Part shown: in pieces, positions 41,190-54,844 of the stretch
Position numbering within the stretch: the first letter of the stretch is position 1
How the letters are laid out: each line of letters starts with the position of its first letter
From: Octopus sinensis
Taxonomy: Eukaryota
Direction: 5' to 3'
DNA: 64,000 bases
Assembly (NCBI RefSeq): GCF_006345805.1
Contig: NC_043005.1
Coordinates: forward strand, 95,232,001 to 95,296,000
Notes under the pieces: generated by a model
Databases searched by the model: none
Told to the model about the DNA's origin: nothing
The model's input: only the letters and a program-made list of their open reading frames with translations
Translations under genes and position numbers: made by a program

Positions 41190-41625
41190 AACTGTGAATG
41201 ACTAGAACTGGAACAGAGTATGGAAGGGAGCAGAGTTTGCAGAATGTGAACCCCATCTTTCCAATACGGGAGCGGCTGGATATGACAATATGGTATGAGA
41301 AACGTAAGATAATACACCTTGTTGATTTAACTGTTCCACATGAATACAATTTAGATGCAGCTCAGGTAAAAAAAAAACAAAAAAACAAGCATCATGAGAT
41401 TCTACTGGAAGACTGTATAGATGCTGGTTGGTGTGCAGAACACTTTCCTATTGAAGTTGGATGAATGGATTTTATTGGGACCAGACTGAGATGGTGGCTG
41501 CTATCGTTTGGTGCGCAACATCGGCAAACAAACACCATCTTGAAGGAGATCTAGGTGACAGTTGAGATGGTCAGTCATTGGATATAGCTGAAAAGGAATG
41601 ATGGAACATGGCTGGAGAAGTGATG
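41190..41625 (+). mobile_element. Hero/NeSL-like LINE 3' fragment (RLE domain)
   Basis: RLDMTIWYEKRKIIHLVDLTVPHEY...CIDAGWCAEHFPIEVG**GF matches the RLE consensus RPD..W...L.ELTVPWE...C...GW....PIEVG.RGF. Confidence 0.75.
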
Positions 41626-42749
41626 ATCCAGAAATGGACTTGAGATCGAATACTAGTCAGTCAAAACAGTAGGCAGGGGCTCACATCAGTGAGGGAGGCC
41701 GGTGGGGCTGTGAAACCGTCAAGAAGGAGGGCCCCGAAACGGTGCGCATTCTCTCCTGATGACTCCTGAAACTACTGGCGTCCAATATGCGGAGTTTTCG
41801 ACCGAATGCACTTGTACTAACCAGTTCTTTGCAAGTATCTAGAGTACTACGTCCTTTTGTGGTTGTACCGCATTGTGGGGGGAGAGTGAGTTATCAAATA
41901 CGATAAAATATCGATGACTCCAGTAACCCTGACCAGCTTAAAATCATCGAATAAGAGAGGAAGTCAAGACGGAATAACTGGAAATTTAACGATTGGCAAC
42001 ATGAATAAAGTAAATAAATAAGTAAATATATACATAAAAAAAAAACTGAAAAAAAGAAAATATATTCAGTTAACATGTTACAGGAAGTTGGAACATGATC
42101 AAGAATCGATCGATGTTGTTAAACAACCACAACTACAACATTAATAATAGTAAAAGTACATATGAATTATTAATGTTTAATATTTATAGTAATGACAGAG
42201 CGATAGATTAGCTAATTCGGCAGAATATCGGATAAAAATATCTTGCGGTATTTAGTTACGTCCCTTTTAAGTTCTGAGTTGAAATTCTGTCCGTTGCGGT
42301 TTCGCTTTTCATCTTTCGTTAATCAGTTAAATATTACAGGAGTTGATTTAATCGATAACACCTTATCCACACAAAAAATTGTAACCAATGAGGCAAGCTG
42401 TGAAGGAACTAAACCCCTGCAACCTAGGTTCAATCCCTATTACGAAACATTTCATTTCGTATATTCTGCTAATTAATTTTAGCCAAGGCATGAAGGCAAC
42501 AAATTCCTATTTCTGCTAGTCTGTTGCGACTATGGTAAAATCAATAATTTTTTTTCACATGGTGTGTCATACTTCTACACTTCCCTTGTTTAAGGTATAT
42601 TTACTTCGCATACTTAGTTGAGAAAAGCATGATTGTACCAAAATATGATTTCGGCCTTCTCGGGAATGATACGTAAGTGTTTGTGGTTAATAAACAAGGA
42701 AAAGTATATAGATATTGCATACATAGATAGTTGGATACATATACATACG

Positions 42750-42863
<114 letters not shown>

Positions 42864-42881
42864 GTACATTAGATAGAAAGA

Positions 42882-42914
<33 letters not shown>

Positions 42915-42918
42915 GGTC

Positions 42919-42960
<42 letters not shown>

Positions 42961-42961
42961 C

Positions 42962-43028
<67 letters not shown>

Positions 43029-43048
43029 CTAGATAGATAGATAGATAT

Positions 43049-44466
43049 GTTTCTTTATTAGCCACACAGGGCTGCACACAGATAGAACAAATTACAAGGT
43101 AGAGCTTTTCTTTTGAAGGTTTAAAAAAAAAAAAAAAAAAAGGGAAAGGGGAGTTTCGATCAAAAGGGATCGTAAAAGGAGAGAAAGAGGACAAAAAAAA
43201 AGGGGGGGTTAAAAAAAATTTAAAAAAAATAAAAAAAAAAAAAAGGGGGGAGAGGAAAAAAAATTAATCATAGGGATCGTTATCACAGAAATGTCAATAT
43301 GAAGTGTAAAGGGGAGGACAGGTGAGGTTTACCCGTGGAAAGAAAAGCCTACGGAAAAGACCACGGTAACCTCGGTCAATGAAGTCACATTTTATATTTT
43401 TTTTTTTTTTTTTTTTTTGCAAATAAGCAACTCTCTGTTTTCGATTTCTGGGTTCATAGGACTATGCTCAAGGTGGCTTCGTCATTCATACGTGCCATTC
43501 TTGCTACATTCACCCATCTTTTTTTAAAACATTCGCTAGACAAAACTTGCCTCTCTACTCTCACTTTCCTTTTCAAGTGGTACTTGAAGAAGTTGATGAG
43601 AGATTGACCAGAGAGGAAAGTGTTTGTCTCCAATCCTTTCAGACGCGTCCACCAGATACATTCTTTCGCCATAGCCACAAGGATGATGAAAATAGCTCTT
43701 CCTTCCCGTTTGAAGGAAGGAGGCGTGACAATATTGACGATAGACTCAGCTGATAACCGACTCGTCCCACACGTGACAGCAGTTGTTCGACATAAGCCCA
43801 CAGGTCGGAAATTGTTGGACACTGAACGAGTGCGTGCAGAACGGTTTCGTCGCTCTGACCGCATCTCGGGCAGGTCGGCCCCGTGTTTCTCGAGCCGTGT
43901 CTGTAGAGCTTATCCCGAACGGGTAGCGCTTCTCGGTAGCACTGCCAGGCCAGGGATCTCTGGAAGTTGTCCATGGGCCCTGGCCCGAAGTCGTCCCGAA
44001 CAGGCGGGTCAGGTACTCCTCGTCGACGTCCAGGTTCGCCCCGAGCTCGTCGTCGTACCTCCCCTCCACTAAACCCCTATAGAATGCTTTGGTTGTGTTG
44101 AAGTCACTTAAGGTCGACCCAGGACGGCAGAGTTGCTTGAGAGCAACGCGACACTCGCGGTGCCATTCGCCCTTCCTCGGCCTCTTTTTGATCCACGACT
44201 GCAGTTCGGTCATGGAGACGAGCTGCGGGAAAGCGTGCCTCACAAACGGCGACCACACCTGTTCACCGTCGTCTACATAGAGCCAGAGATGTCGCAGTCT
44301 CAGCGCGTGTCTGCGCATCATCAACCACGGCATGCCCAGCCCTCTTTTTAACGGGTGTTGACAGCAAATGGATCGCCTGACCATCGGGACGCATCCTTTC
44401 CACAAGAAGCGAAAGAGGATGCGTTGTAGTTTGGTGATGGTAGGGTCGGGACAAGGTACGACGGTC

Positions 44467-44467
<1 letters not shown>
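43049..44467 (-). mobile_element. 5'-truncated Tx1/L1-clade LINE inside a (GATA)n array
   Basis: ORF2 C-terminus LQRILFRFLWKG...GLGMP..., CCHC CPRCGQSDETVLHALVQC, frameshifted; 3' UTR ends aataaagaaac-(atct)n; GATA arrays at 42872-43047 and 44468-44539. Confidence 0.9.
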
Positions 44468-44541
<74 letters not shown>

Positions 44542-44754
44542 CTGTTTACCAGCCATATGAATAAACGTACATATATGTGTGTGTGTGAAAGTGCTTCGCT
44601 CACATCTTTGAAAGAGCGATTTGAATCGTTCGTAAGCTCGTCGCTCACTTCTCCCCATCTCAAGTTAGGGTCAAATACAAACGTTTCCAAAACAAATGCC
44701 AAACGGCGTCCTATTTCCAAGAAATCTCGCAAATGAGGACTATAGTTTACAAAG

Positions 44755-45291
44755 CCGGAAGCGATTTTTTCCCACGTAAGTTCCGGACCCCAGTAATGAA
44801 CTCATTTGCATACAGCCAATCAGAGCTCACCTTGACCTTGTTGTCAAGTTAACAAACACTCTACCAAGTAAACTCAAGACGAAGAACGGTGTTGTAGGTG
44901 AAGTCATGCCTGATTTTAGAAGGAGACAAGTAATTATATATAGATTTGCATCTATACCTATTATCGGATTTTGTTAGGGCCCCTTATAGTAGAGATGTGG
45001 ATGGGAAAATGTGGGTAGAGGGTGATGTGCTAGCAATCCTCTCCCCTTAGTGTTTTACAACAACACAAATAATTACGCAGAGGCAGTCATGGTTGGAACA
45101 AGAACATGAGCAACAAGCATTAAAAAAAGAAAAGAAGTAGGGTCATTCCTTACCCAAGTGGCCTTATCTTATCGCCCATCACTTGTTATGCACTCATAAA
45201 TTAGTCTGATAATTGAGCTCTGATGGGCTGTATGCAAATGAGTTCCTAACTGGGATCCAGAACTCTCGTAGGAGAAAATTTCGCGAGCCGG
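44755..45291. mobile_element. MITE-like element with imperfect TIRs of about 75 bp
   Basis: ccggaccccagtaatgaactcatttgcatacagccaatcagagctca (44783-44829) is the inverse of tgagctctgatgggctgtatgcaaatgagttcctaactgggatccag (45214-45260). Confidence 0.7.
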
Positions 45292-48200
45292 AACTACCAG
45301 TTTATCTGCAATGATGTTTCACTCGAGCTGATATAAAAAAAAAGCAAGCACGCAACCAAGTTCTTCCCAATAATATCTGCTCCAAGAAATGCCCGTATGT
45401 ATTTCTGTATCGGTCAGAGAGGCACGCTTGGAGCTTTTGGAGTATTAGTGAATACATTTTATTGTGAGTGAATCCTCCCCTTTATAAATTCTTTTTTTTT
45501 TTTTGCGAGTAGGGATAATCTGTTCGATCTCCTCTAGCCTAAAGGTGATTGATGTTCCATAGTAGTCGGATGAACCTCGAGGCTTTGTGTTGAAAGCAAA
45601 CTTGTCATTGGTCTTTCGTTGTCTCTCTTCGGTATTCGTTTAGCTTGGGATTGGTACCAAACTGTTCACGCCACTAGGATATTCATGAGTGTGAGCGCTC
45701 AATCTGACAGGCCGAGATCGGTTTCTAAACTGGACCTAAAAAAAGAATCTTTAATTTAGTAAGGCTCATAAAAAGAGAGGGATCCACAGCTCTACAATTT
45801 CATTTGGCAGGCATATTGAGAATAATAAAACCTAACTTTTGTAGATCAGTATATAATTTCTTCACGGGAGTTCAGTAAGGTAGCCTTATTGATCCCATAT
45901 TACTAACAAAGGGTATTGATAATACCACTAGATCGGATCCAGACTTGCATTTAAATATCTGCTAGTTTAATGATACATGCTTAACTGGATGTTCCGATGC
46001 GAGAAGGTTCTTGCAACGGCGCAGTTGATGATTAAGGAACCTGATGACAGAGGTTTTTCAAGTGAATGGTTCTAAATGTGAAGCCAGATATTCGGCTGCT
46101 CATATTCGTAACACCAAATCACATTTATTTACTGAATCTATTCTCTGAGGACCAATCCTCCGTCATTAGCGTAGTTTTCCTTTGGAGTTCTAATTTTCAA
46201 CTTTGCCATTCCGCTTGCCTTTCTCTTCAAAATACAGAATCTCAAACTACTTGAGAGTCATAGATTTAATCGGGCTCCAGCAGGATTTTTATTTTTATTC
46301 TCAATTATTTATCAATGTCAAAGTCAATTTCTGATTTTAGGTTTAGTCCCCCATGAAGAGTTTTATCGAACAAGTAACTTCACCTTCAAGAAAATTGTTA
46401 GTTTAGCCAATGTAAAATTTGTTTCGGAATCTGCTTTGCCCAAATGCCCTTTATCTCTCCCATATTTTCTTTCTTCTACTTTGCTCCACTTAGGTAAGTA
46501 ACATTATCTGCTCTTCAACTTGAACTTGTTCCACTAGACAGGTGAATGAATCTCTCCTGTTGTGGACACTTTTGTTTTACTGTTTTTAGGCCCCGATTAG
46601 GAAAGTTCGATGTAAAGAGTTTGGGGCAACATACATATTTTTTGCTCTCTTTTCGAATAATTCGATCAATGTTCAAGATGCCACTTACTTTCCGTGTGTG
46701 TGAAATTTTCTTGGAATTAGATTGGGACTTTACTTATGACGAACATTGATAACTTACTTGGCCTGAACAAGCTCTGCATCTCCATTGCTTTTAGAGTTAA
46801 TATTGACATATTTATTTGAGTGATGTAGCGAGTTCCTTGGTTCAGCAGGGATCTTGTATCGGCTGAATATAGGTCGCTTCGTTTGACATACTGAGATAAA
46901 TATATTTTTAAGACAATCTCTTGCAGAATAAACATCTCCTCCATTCTTGAGCCCATGAAGTTGTCAAGGTAAGACGGGAAGTGGCCTGGCAGACCTTGCT
47001 TGAACAGGAAATAGACGTTTTTGGGGGAATGCTACAGTATATGAGTCTTTTGCTCTTCCCATTTTCGATATTTTGTGGGAGTCGGGTGATTCCTCATGTT
47101 TGTGGAAGACCAGTGTAATCTGTGGCATTTGAGACGCTTCAACGCATTAGACTTCTTTGGGCTCTCGTTTGACCGAAGGATTAGATGACTGGGTTTCGTA
47201 ATGGCGTTTGGTAGTTTCAGAGTCTCGACGTTCTGAACATTTACGAATTTCTTGAGTTATTTCCGTTGATAAAGTGAAAACGAAAATACTTTAAAAATAA
47301 AGAAAATGGAAACCGAAACCAAATTTATCTGTTGACTATTTTATCTTTCCTAAATATTTATATTTTTATCTACAAACTAACAAATCTAAAACGTTTTCAG
47401 TGATGAATTCAATGCTTTCTACTATTTAGTTAAAAGAAACAAGTTTGTTCGCCTAAAATAATAATGGTGTTGTTGTTGTCGTTGTTTTTGCTGAGTTGGT
47501 TGGAGTTGTTATTAATGATATCATCATCATCAAGGTATTTTACGACGGTGACTGTTTATTGTCGAATTAGAGGCAACAATTGACGCAGTTTCAGAACTTG
47601 ATGCAGATGCCGAACTGATGTCGCTAGTGACACACACACACACACACATACACACACACACACACACACACAGATATATGGATACAAATACATATCTATA
47701 AATAAACACATACGTACATTTTTGCATTAATATCAGACAAAATATACACATAATATTGTACTTAAAGAATGTTGATATAGTGAAACCAACAGAACACCGA
47801 ACCTATGAGAGTTTTAGAAAAAAATTGTTTGGAAAAAGGAAACGAAGAAACTCTTCCATGGATTCGGTAGACGGAACACTCCATTTTATTTCTCACGACT
47901 CTCTAAGCTCTTAGTTCAAATTCTACCGAAGTCACTTTTGTCTTACATACTCTCAGGGTCGATATAAAAATGTACCAATCTAAAGTGGTACAGTTGTTGA
48001 ACTGTAAAGTCGTCGGACGAGATGCCTTGCGGTATTTGTTCCGATTCTTTGCATTCTGAGTTCAAATCTCATATTGGTCTATTTAAGTAATAGACTTAAT
48101 CCCTTGTTCAGTTTAACACCACCATCTGACACTTTGGCTGCCTTTAACAGAGCTCATTCTGTCGCAAGCTTTTGGGCAAGCTCTCTAGCTTGAGAAGATT

Positions 48201-48577
48201 TCACATTCTTTCTCCCATTAGTCTCAAAGGCTATGTATTTTTTTCGTGTTTTTATTAATCAGTCTCAAATGAGGTTTCGAGATTTACGAGATCTGAAACT
48301 CAGACTATGAATATGCGATGTTATGCCAGATGAAACTCCTGATTCTTTGCAACTGAAAATTATGCCTTTACAATTAGCTAATACTTTGACATATTAACTT
48401 AATAATTTACCCTCCTTGGAATTTTTTTACATTTTATGTAGATATTGGGAAAATATTTACTTTTGAGGAATCACGTATTGAAAATCGCACCAGTGTTTTC
48501 TACCAGTTATTAATGTGTACAGTGTTTCACACAAATTTGACCAAAACCCTTTTGCAAACTTGATTTAAGGATAATAA

Positions 48578-48997
48578 TACTCTTACTCTTTTACTCTTTT
48601 ACTTGTTTCAGTCATTTGACTGCGGCCATGCTGGAGCACCGCCTTTAGTCGAGCAAATCGACCCCGGGACTTATTCTTTGTAAGCCCAGTACTTATTCTA
48701 TCGGTCTCTTTTGCCGAACCGCTAAGTGACGGGGACGTTAACACACCAGCATCGGTTGTCAAGCAATGCTAGGGGGACAAACACAGACACACAAACATAT
48801 ACACACACACTCATATATATATATACATATATACGACAGGCTTCTTTCAGTTTCCGTCTACCAAATCCACTCACAAGACATTGGTCGGCCCGGGGCTATA
48901 GCAGAAGACACTTGCCCAAGATGCCACGCAGTGGGACTGAACCCGGAACCATGTGGTTGGTTAGCAAGCTACTTACCACACAGCCACTCCTGCGCCT
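48578..48997 (-). mobile_element. SINE family A, full length, young
   Basis: Head aggcgcaggagtggctgtgtggtaag..gggttcagtccc, ccttgggcaagtgtcttc CORE-like segment, internal (TA/CA)n, (AAGAGT)n-like tail. Confidence 0.9.
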
Positions 48998-50041
48998 ATC
49001 AATTAAGAAATGTTACATTATTTGCTTCAGATAGCATCTCTGAGCGTTCCAAAGTAAAGCAAAAACAGCCTCGTTAATTACCGTATTTATTCGTACATAA
49101 GTCGCAATTCTTTTTCAATTAAAATCAAGTATAAAATGGTGCGTCTTATACACGAGGCAAGTTGGGAATATGCAAGTTTAATAAGCTTTTTTAGATTCAA
49201 AACATTACGCGATGGGATATCATTTATTATTCCGTATTTGATGCATTAAACCTATACACCAACGATGATAATCAGAGATGGAAATGAGGACACGCAGGAG
49301 ACGGCGCTCCCCAACTTGTTGGGTGGGGTGAGTTTGTAGCGTTTAATCCTACTTCTTCTTAACCTCAACTTAACGGACCTTCGGATACCCCTAGTTCCTA
49401 AAACTTATTCCCATCAATGTTTGTTACATTATAGTTATGAAGCATTATAATTAATACATTTTAGCATTTTAATTTATGTTGCTTGATGTTCATCATGCGT
49501 ATACTTCTAAATATCCATCCCTCCATTCATCTTCTCTGCCGACTATTTCTGAGAGAGTCGTTGGAGGAAGAGCCGGCAAGTATCTCCTACGTAGGGTCCT
49601 ATCAGTAGCAGCCGTCACTACGCTCTTCGGGTGGATTCCTAAAAGTGACCAACCGAGATTATGGATATTATTCAACCATCGCGTTCTTGAACCACCGATG
49701 TGGATTTGCTAATGTCCCTGTAACTTACCGTTCGGCAAAGAAACCGCTAAAATAAGCATCTAACTTAAAAACAAAATAAGTACTGGGGTAAATTGATTCA
49801 ACTAAAGCCTTGAAGGTGGAGCCCCAGAAATTTTGAGGGGAGGGGGACTAGTTGATTACATCGAATTTATTTTAACGACCCTAAAAGAATGAAAGGCAAG
49901 GTCGATGCCGATGGAATTTGAACTCAGAACATAAAGCCGGAAGAAATGCCGTTAAACATTTTGTCCGAAGCGCTAACGACTCCACCAGCTTTCTATCTAA
50001 TAATGATGATGATGATAATAATAATAATAATAATAATAATA

Positions 50042-50093
<52 letters not shown>

Positions 50094-50096
<3 letters not shown>

Positions 50097-51277
50097 CTAC
50101 TATAAAATAACCACCATAGGACTGCAAAAATATCTACTTCAGAAGGAAGGAAAACTGATCCAGATAGCGGCAAAACACGAGCAAAACAAAAAACTGTTCT
50201 CAGTATTTAAGGAAGCTGACAAATACAAACAAGAAATCATACCACCTAATAAACATGAAGAAGAAGAAGAAGAAGAAGAAGAAGAAGAAGAAGAAGAAGA
50301 AGAAGAAGAAGAAGAAGAAGAAGAAGAAGAAGAAGAAGAAACAACAAAAGCTATAAAAAAAATGAAATCCAAACTAAAAATAGAACACCAACGAACCATG
50401 ATAAAACGATGGCAAGAAAAGCCCCTTCATGGTAAATACTGGACTAAACTAAACGCAAAAGAAATAGACAAAGAAAAATCCCAGCAATGGTTGAGAAGCT
50501 CAGGACTCAAAGCAGAAACAGAGGGATTTTTAATTGCAGCACAAGACCAAAGCCTCCCCACCAGAAATTACCAAAAACATGTAATGAAAAGAAATATTAC
50601 AAGTAACTGCAGAATATGTGGAGATGGACAAGAAACAATAAATCATATTATCTCTAGCTGCCCAGTCCTGGCTAAGAAGGAATATATTCACAGACATGAC
50701 AGAGTTGGAACTTACATACATTGGAAGCTATGCCAACATTATGGAATAACAACAGAAAAAAGATGGTATAGGCACACACCAGAAAAGGTCACAGAAAACG
50801 AGAAAGCAACCATACTCTGGGATATGCCGATACACACAGATAGAGAAATTAAGGCCAACAGACCAGATATAGTTGTCAGAGATCATGAAGAAAAAAAATG
50901 CTTTCTAATTGATGTATCAATACCGGCAGATGACAACGTGTCTCTAAAAGAAATGGAGAAACTCTCAAAATACTAAGACCTGGAAATAGAGGTAACCAGA
51001 ATGTGGAATCTGAAAATAGAAACAATTCCTATCATAGTAGGTGCATTAGGCATGATAAAAAAATATTCAGACAAATACATAACAAAAACACCAGGACTTA
51101 CAAACACATATAACATACAGAAAATTGCACTACTAGGCACTGCACACATCCTACGCAGAACACTTTCCATACAATAACCATCAGAGCATCACAACAAATC
51201 ACAGCACATACCCAAGGCACACAGAGCTGCGCTCGGTAGTGAAGTGAAAGCACGCTATAAAAATAAAACTACTGAAT
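50094..51277 (+). mobile_element. 5'-truncated R4/Dong-like LINE inserted in (TAA)n
   Basis: CRICGDGQETINHIISSC zinc knuckle, RLE RPDIVV..LIDVSIP.D..KY, one nonsense codon at 50974-76; highly similar to 60831-61940 (-); TAA arrays at 50017-50093 and 51276-51319. Confidence 0.92.
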
Positions 51278-51863
51278 AATAATAATGATAATAATAATGA
51301 TAATAATAATAATAATAATCCTCTCTACTATAGGCACAAGGCCTGAAATTTTGTGAGAGGAGTAAGTCGATTATAACGATCCAGTGTTCAATTGGCATTT
51401 ATTTCATAAGCCCCCAAAGGATTAAAGACAAAGTCGACATCAACGAAATTTGAACTGGAAGATAGATGACATACTACTATTTTGTCCGGCGCGCTAATGA
51501 TTCTGCCAGCTGGCTGTCTTAAATCAGAGATTAATAATAAAAAGCAATGCAAATCCAATGATAGGATTAACAAATATAATTGTAATCGTGAAATAATCCA
51601 ATCAAACTTTACAAGTGAGAAACGAAATCGATTTGAACAACGATGGCATTATTATTTGTTGTATGTTGTTGTTTGAGTGTTGGATCGATCATAGGTTGAA
51701 GCCGACTCACTTTACACACACACACACACACACACACAATTGTATGATTGATCTGGGTATATGAATGGGTGGGGATAATGATAATGTGTCATTCTCGTGA
51801 CACACTTTCTCTTATTACTCTTTGCGTCCAGTTGATGTTCTATTTTTATTTTTCGGGGGTAGT

Positions 51864-52110
51864 CTCTTTTACTCTTTACTCTTTTACTTGTTTCAGTCAT
51901 GTGACTGTGGCCAAGCTGGAGCATCGCCTTTAGTCGAATCAAATCGACCCCAGGACTTATTCTTTGTAAGCCTAATACTTATTCTATCGGGCTCTTTTGC
52001 CGAACCGGTAGGTTACGGGGACGTAAACACACCAGCCTCTGTTGTCAAGCGATGTTGGGGGGACAAACACAGATACACAACATATACACACACATACATA
52101 TGTATATACA

Positions 52111-52148
<38 letters not shown>

Positions 52149-52300
52149 GACGGGCTTCTTTCAGTTTCCGTCTACCAAATCCACTCACAAGGCCTTAGTG
52201 GCCCGAGGCTATAGTGGAAGACACTTGCCCAAAGTGCCACGCAGTGGGACTGAACCCGGAATCATGTGGTTGGTAAGCTAGCTACTTACCACACAGCCAC
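51864..52300 (-). mobile_element. SINE family A, full length
   Basis: Matches 48578-48997. Confidence 0.88.
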
Positions 52301-53414
52301 GCGTAATAATTATTTATTGTTCAATGGTGCAAAACAGAGACGAAAATTTGAAATGTTGTTAAATTTAAGCATTCTCCATAGTTACAGGTATGTACAATTA
52401 TATTTAAGACGTCCGTAATCATTGAAATGTGGAAAAACCTTCGCTACGGAGACTGACTCAGAAGATCAATATTCTTATAGATTATGTAAAAAAAAAACAT
52501 ACCACTAGGCTGTAAATGATGTCATCAGAGCGTAGCACACGTGTTTCTGCATTGTTACTCTATATTAGCCTCGGACACCCAATTAGCCAATTAAGAACAG
52601 CCTTTATTAAACTCATTTCCTGTCCTGTGTATCACATGTGACATACATGACATATTTCCCTGCCGTTTCTGCGTCATATACGATGCACATTTCTGGGTTT
52701 TTGGGGGATTTTTTCAACTAATAGAGTAACTTGAAATTTCTGAAATCTTTAAGTTACTCAGAACATATGAAATAAGGACTAACGTAACCAAAATTATGAA
52801 AACAAGAATAGGCGTTTGGGACAAATGAAAATGATTTGAATAAACAAAGGCTTGAATATAACAAATGATAAATTTTCTTGTGTCCAGAGAGAGTCGTTGT
52901 ACCAATATTAAGATATGCACTGGCTGGAAAGGTTGCAAAGAGCAACGAAAGAGGTTTGGCAAAAACGAACAAACAAAAACGAAACAAACGACTTACTGTT
53001 TGAATCAGGTTAAATAAACAATCGATTGGTCAGTTGGATATTTGAGTCAAGGACATATACCCCGCTGGGACAATAATAACCCCTGAGGACAACAGATGAT
53101 GATTTAAAACTTCTTAATATATTGGAGAGGAGGTAATTAATCAGGGAAGAAGGGTAATTGTCCTAGGGAGTAGTTGTCGTCGGGGGAATTGTTTTATGGG
53201 GGTGGCAGTAATTGTCCTAGTGTGGTGATATCTTGATACGGGATATTTAACCAACTGACTAATAATGAAAGAGTGGAACTGAACCAGTGCATGTGTTGGT
53301 ATCGGTATAATGACTCTTCCTAGACACAATAACATTTGTTCCAAAACACGAATTCATATAAAGAATCTTGCAAACTAGATACAAAAACGAAGATAAATTT
53401 TCTGCTGTGTGGAA

Positions 53415-53827
53415 AGGAGTGGCTGCGTGGTAAGTAGCTTGCTTACCAACCACATGGTCCCAGGTTCAGTCCCACTGCGTCGCACCTTGGGCAAGTGTCT
53501 TCTACTATAGCCTTGGGCCGACCAAAGCCTTGTGAGTGGATTTGGTAGGCGGAAACTGAAAGAAGAACGTCGTATATATGTATATATAGATATAGATATA
53601 GATATGCGATTGTGTGTCTGTGTTTGTCCCCCTCTCAACATCGCTTGACAACCGATGCTGGTGTGTTTATGTCCCCGTAACTTAGCGGTTCGGCAAAAAA
53701 GACCGATAGAATAAGTACTAGGCTTGCAAAGAATAAGTCCTGGGGGTCGATTTGCTCGACTAAAAACGGTGGTGCTCCAGCATGGCCACAGTCAAATGAC
53801 TGAAACAAATAAAAGAGTAAAGAATAA
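53415..53827 (+). mobile_element. SINE family A, full length
   Basis: aggagtggctgcgtggtaag...gactgaaacaaataaaagagtaaagaataaa. Confidence 0.88.
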
Positions 53828-54317
53828 AGCTGGAATTAATTATTGGAGAGCACTGAACAGTGATTATTAAAATATACAGTGAGTACAATTATATTGAATA
53901 CGTTCGTGTACACTGAAATGTAAAATGTCCTTCGCTGCGAAAACTATCTTCTGAGAGAAATTCTCCTTAGACAACGTTGTTTCTTTTCCTTCAGCATTTA
54001 GTGACACAAGTTTTTGTACTTTTATGTCTCATCGACATAACCCACAGATAATTAGTGAATTTTAACCAAACAAACTGTTTTTCGAAGTTATTTATAAATC
54101 ATGTGCATACAACAACAACAACAACAGCAAATGAAATAAGATAGAAGGGCGTTTAAAGATTCTTTCGTTTTGGCTGCGTGGGAGAATAATTTTGCTGTGC
54201 AACATATGTTGGTTGTCATCAGTGCTAAGTGAAACCTTACCAATTTCAATGAACTTCCTCAATGAATCACTCATCTACGCACACACGTGTACACACACAT
54301 ATACACATACACAGACA

Positions 54318-54401
<84 letters not shown>

Positions 54402-54405
54402 TATA

Positions 54406-54487
<82 letters not shown>

Positions 54488-54571
54488 TATACAGTATATA
54501 CTTTATATATATATATATATATATATATAAATATATACTCAAAAATAAGCAACAAGAATGAATCCGGTAAT

Positions 54572-54657
54572 TTAGTACAATTGTTTCATACTACAACATT
54601 TTATTAAAAGCTGTAAATATTACAGCAGATTTAATATGCCGTGTAATCTTCAGCTAA
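54572..54657 (-). ncRNA. Type I hammerhead ribozyme in the 3' pLTR
   Basis: UUAG-CUGAAGA-long helix II-GAAA-CAAUUG-UA-CUAA on the minus strand. Confidence 0.75.
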
Positions 54658-54844
54658 TTTTATATAGGTTTTCCAATAATATAAAGTTCTCAGATCAATT
54701 AATAACATCTTAGGGAGGGTAAATATACAGATAAAGATGTAGATATGAATCTCAGGAACATGGGGTAGTGTAGTTAGGATGCCAACCTGACCAAAACTTT
54801 GCTCACAACTAACTGTTGTAAGAAAGTTTCCTTAGTTATAAGAT

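Noticed and set aside
41730-41780. GAAA / CUGAUGA / GAAA motifs in the Hero-like 3' UTR
   Set aside because: The required helices and NUH geometry do not form in either permutation
45400-47300. Non-repetitive 1.9-kb block that may be a decayed TE ORF
   Set aside because: No diagnostic motif recovered by eye; needs a translated profile search
49918-50093. N-terminus of the 352-aa ORF
   Set aside because: It starts inside a SINE and reads through a TAA array; only the part from 50094 is LINE-derived
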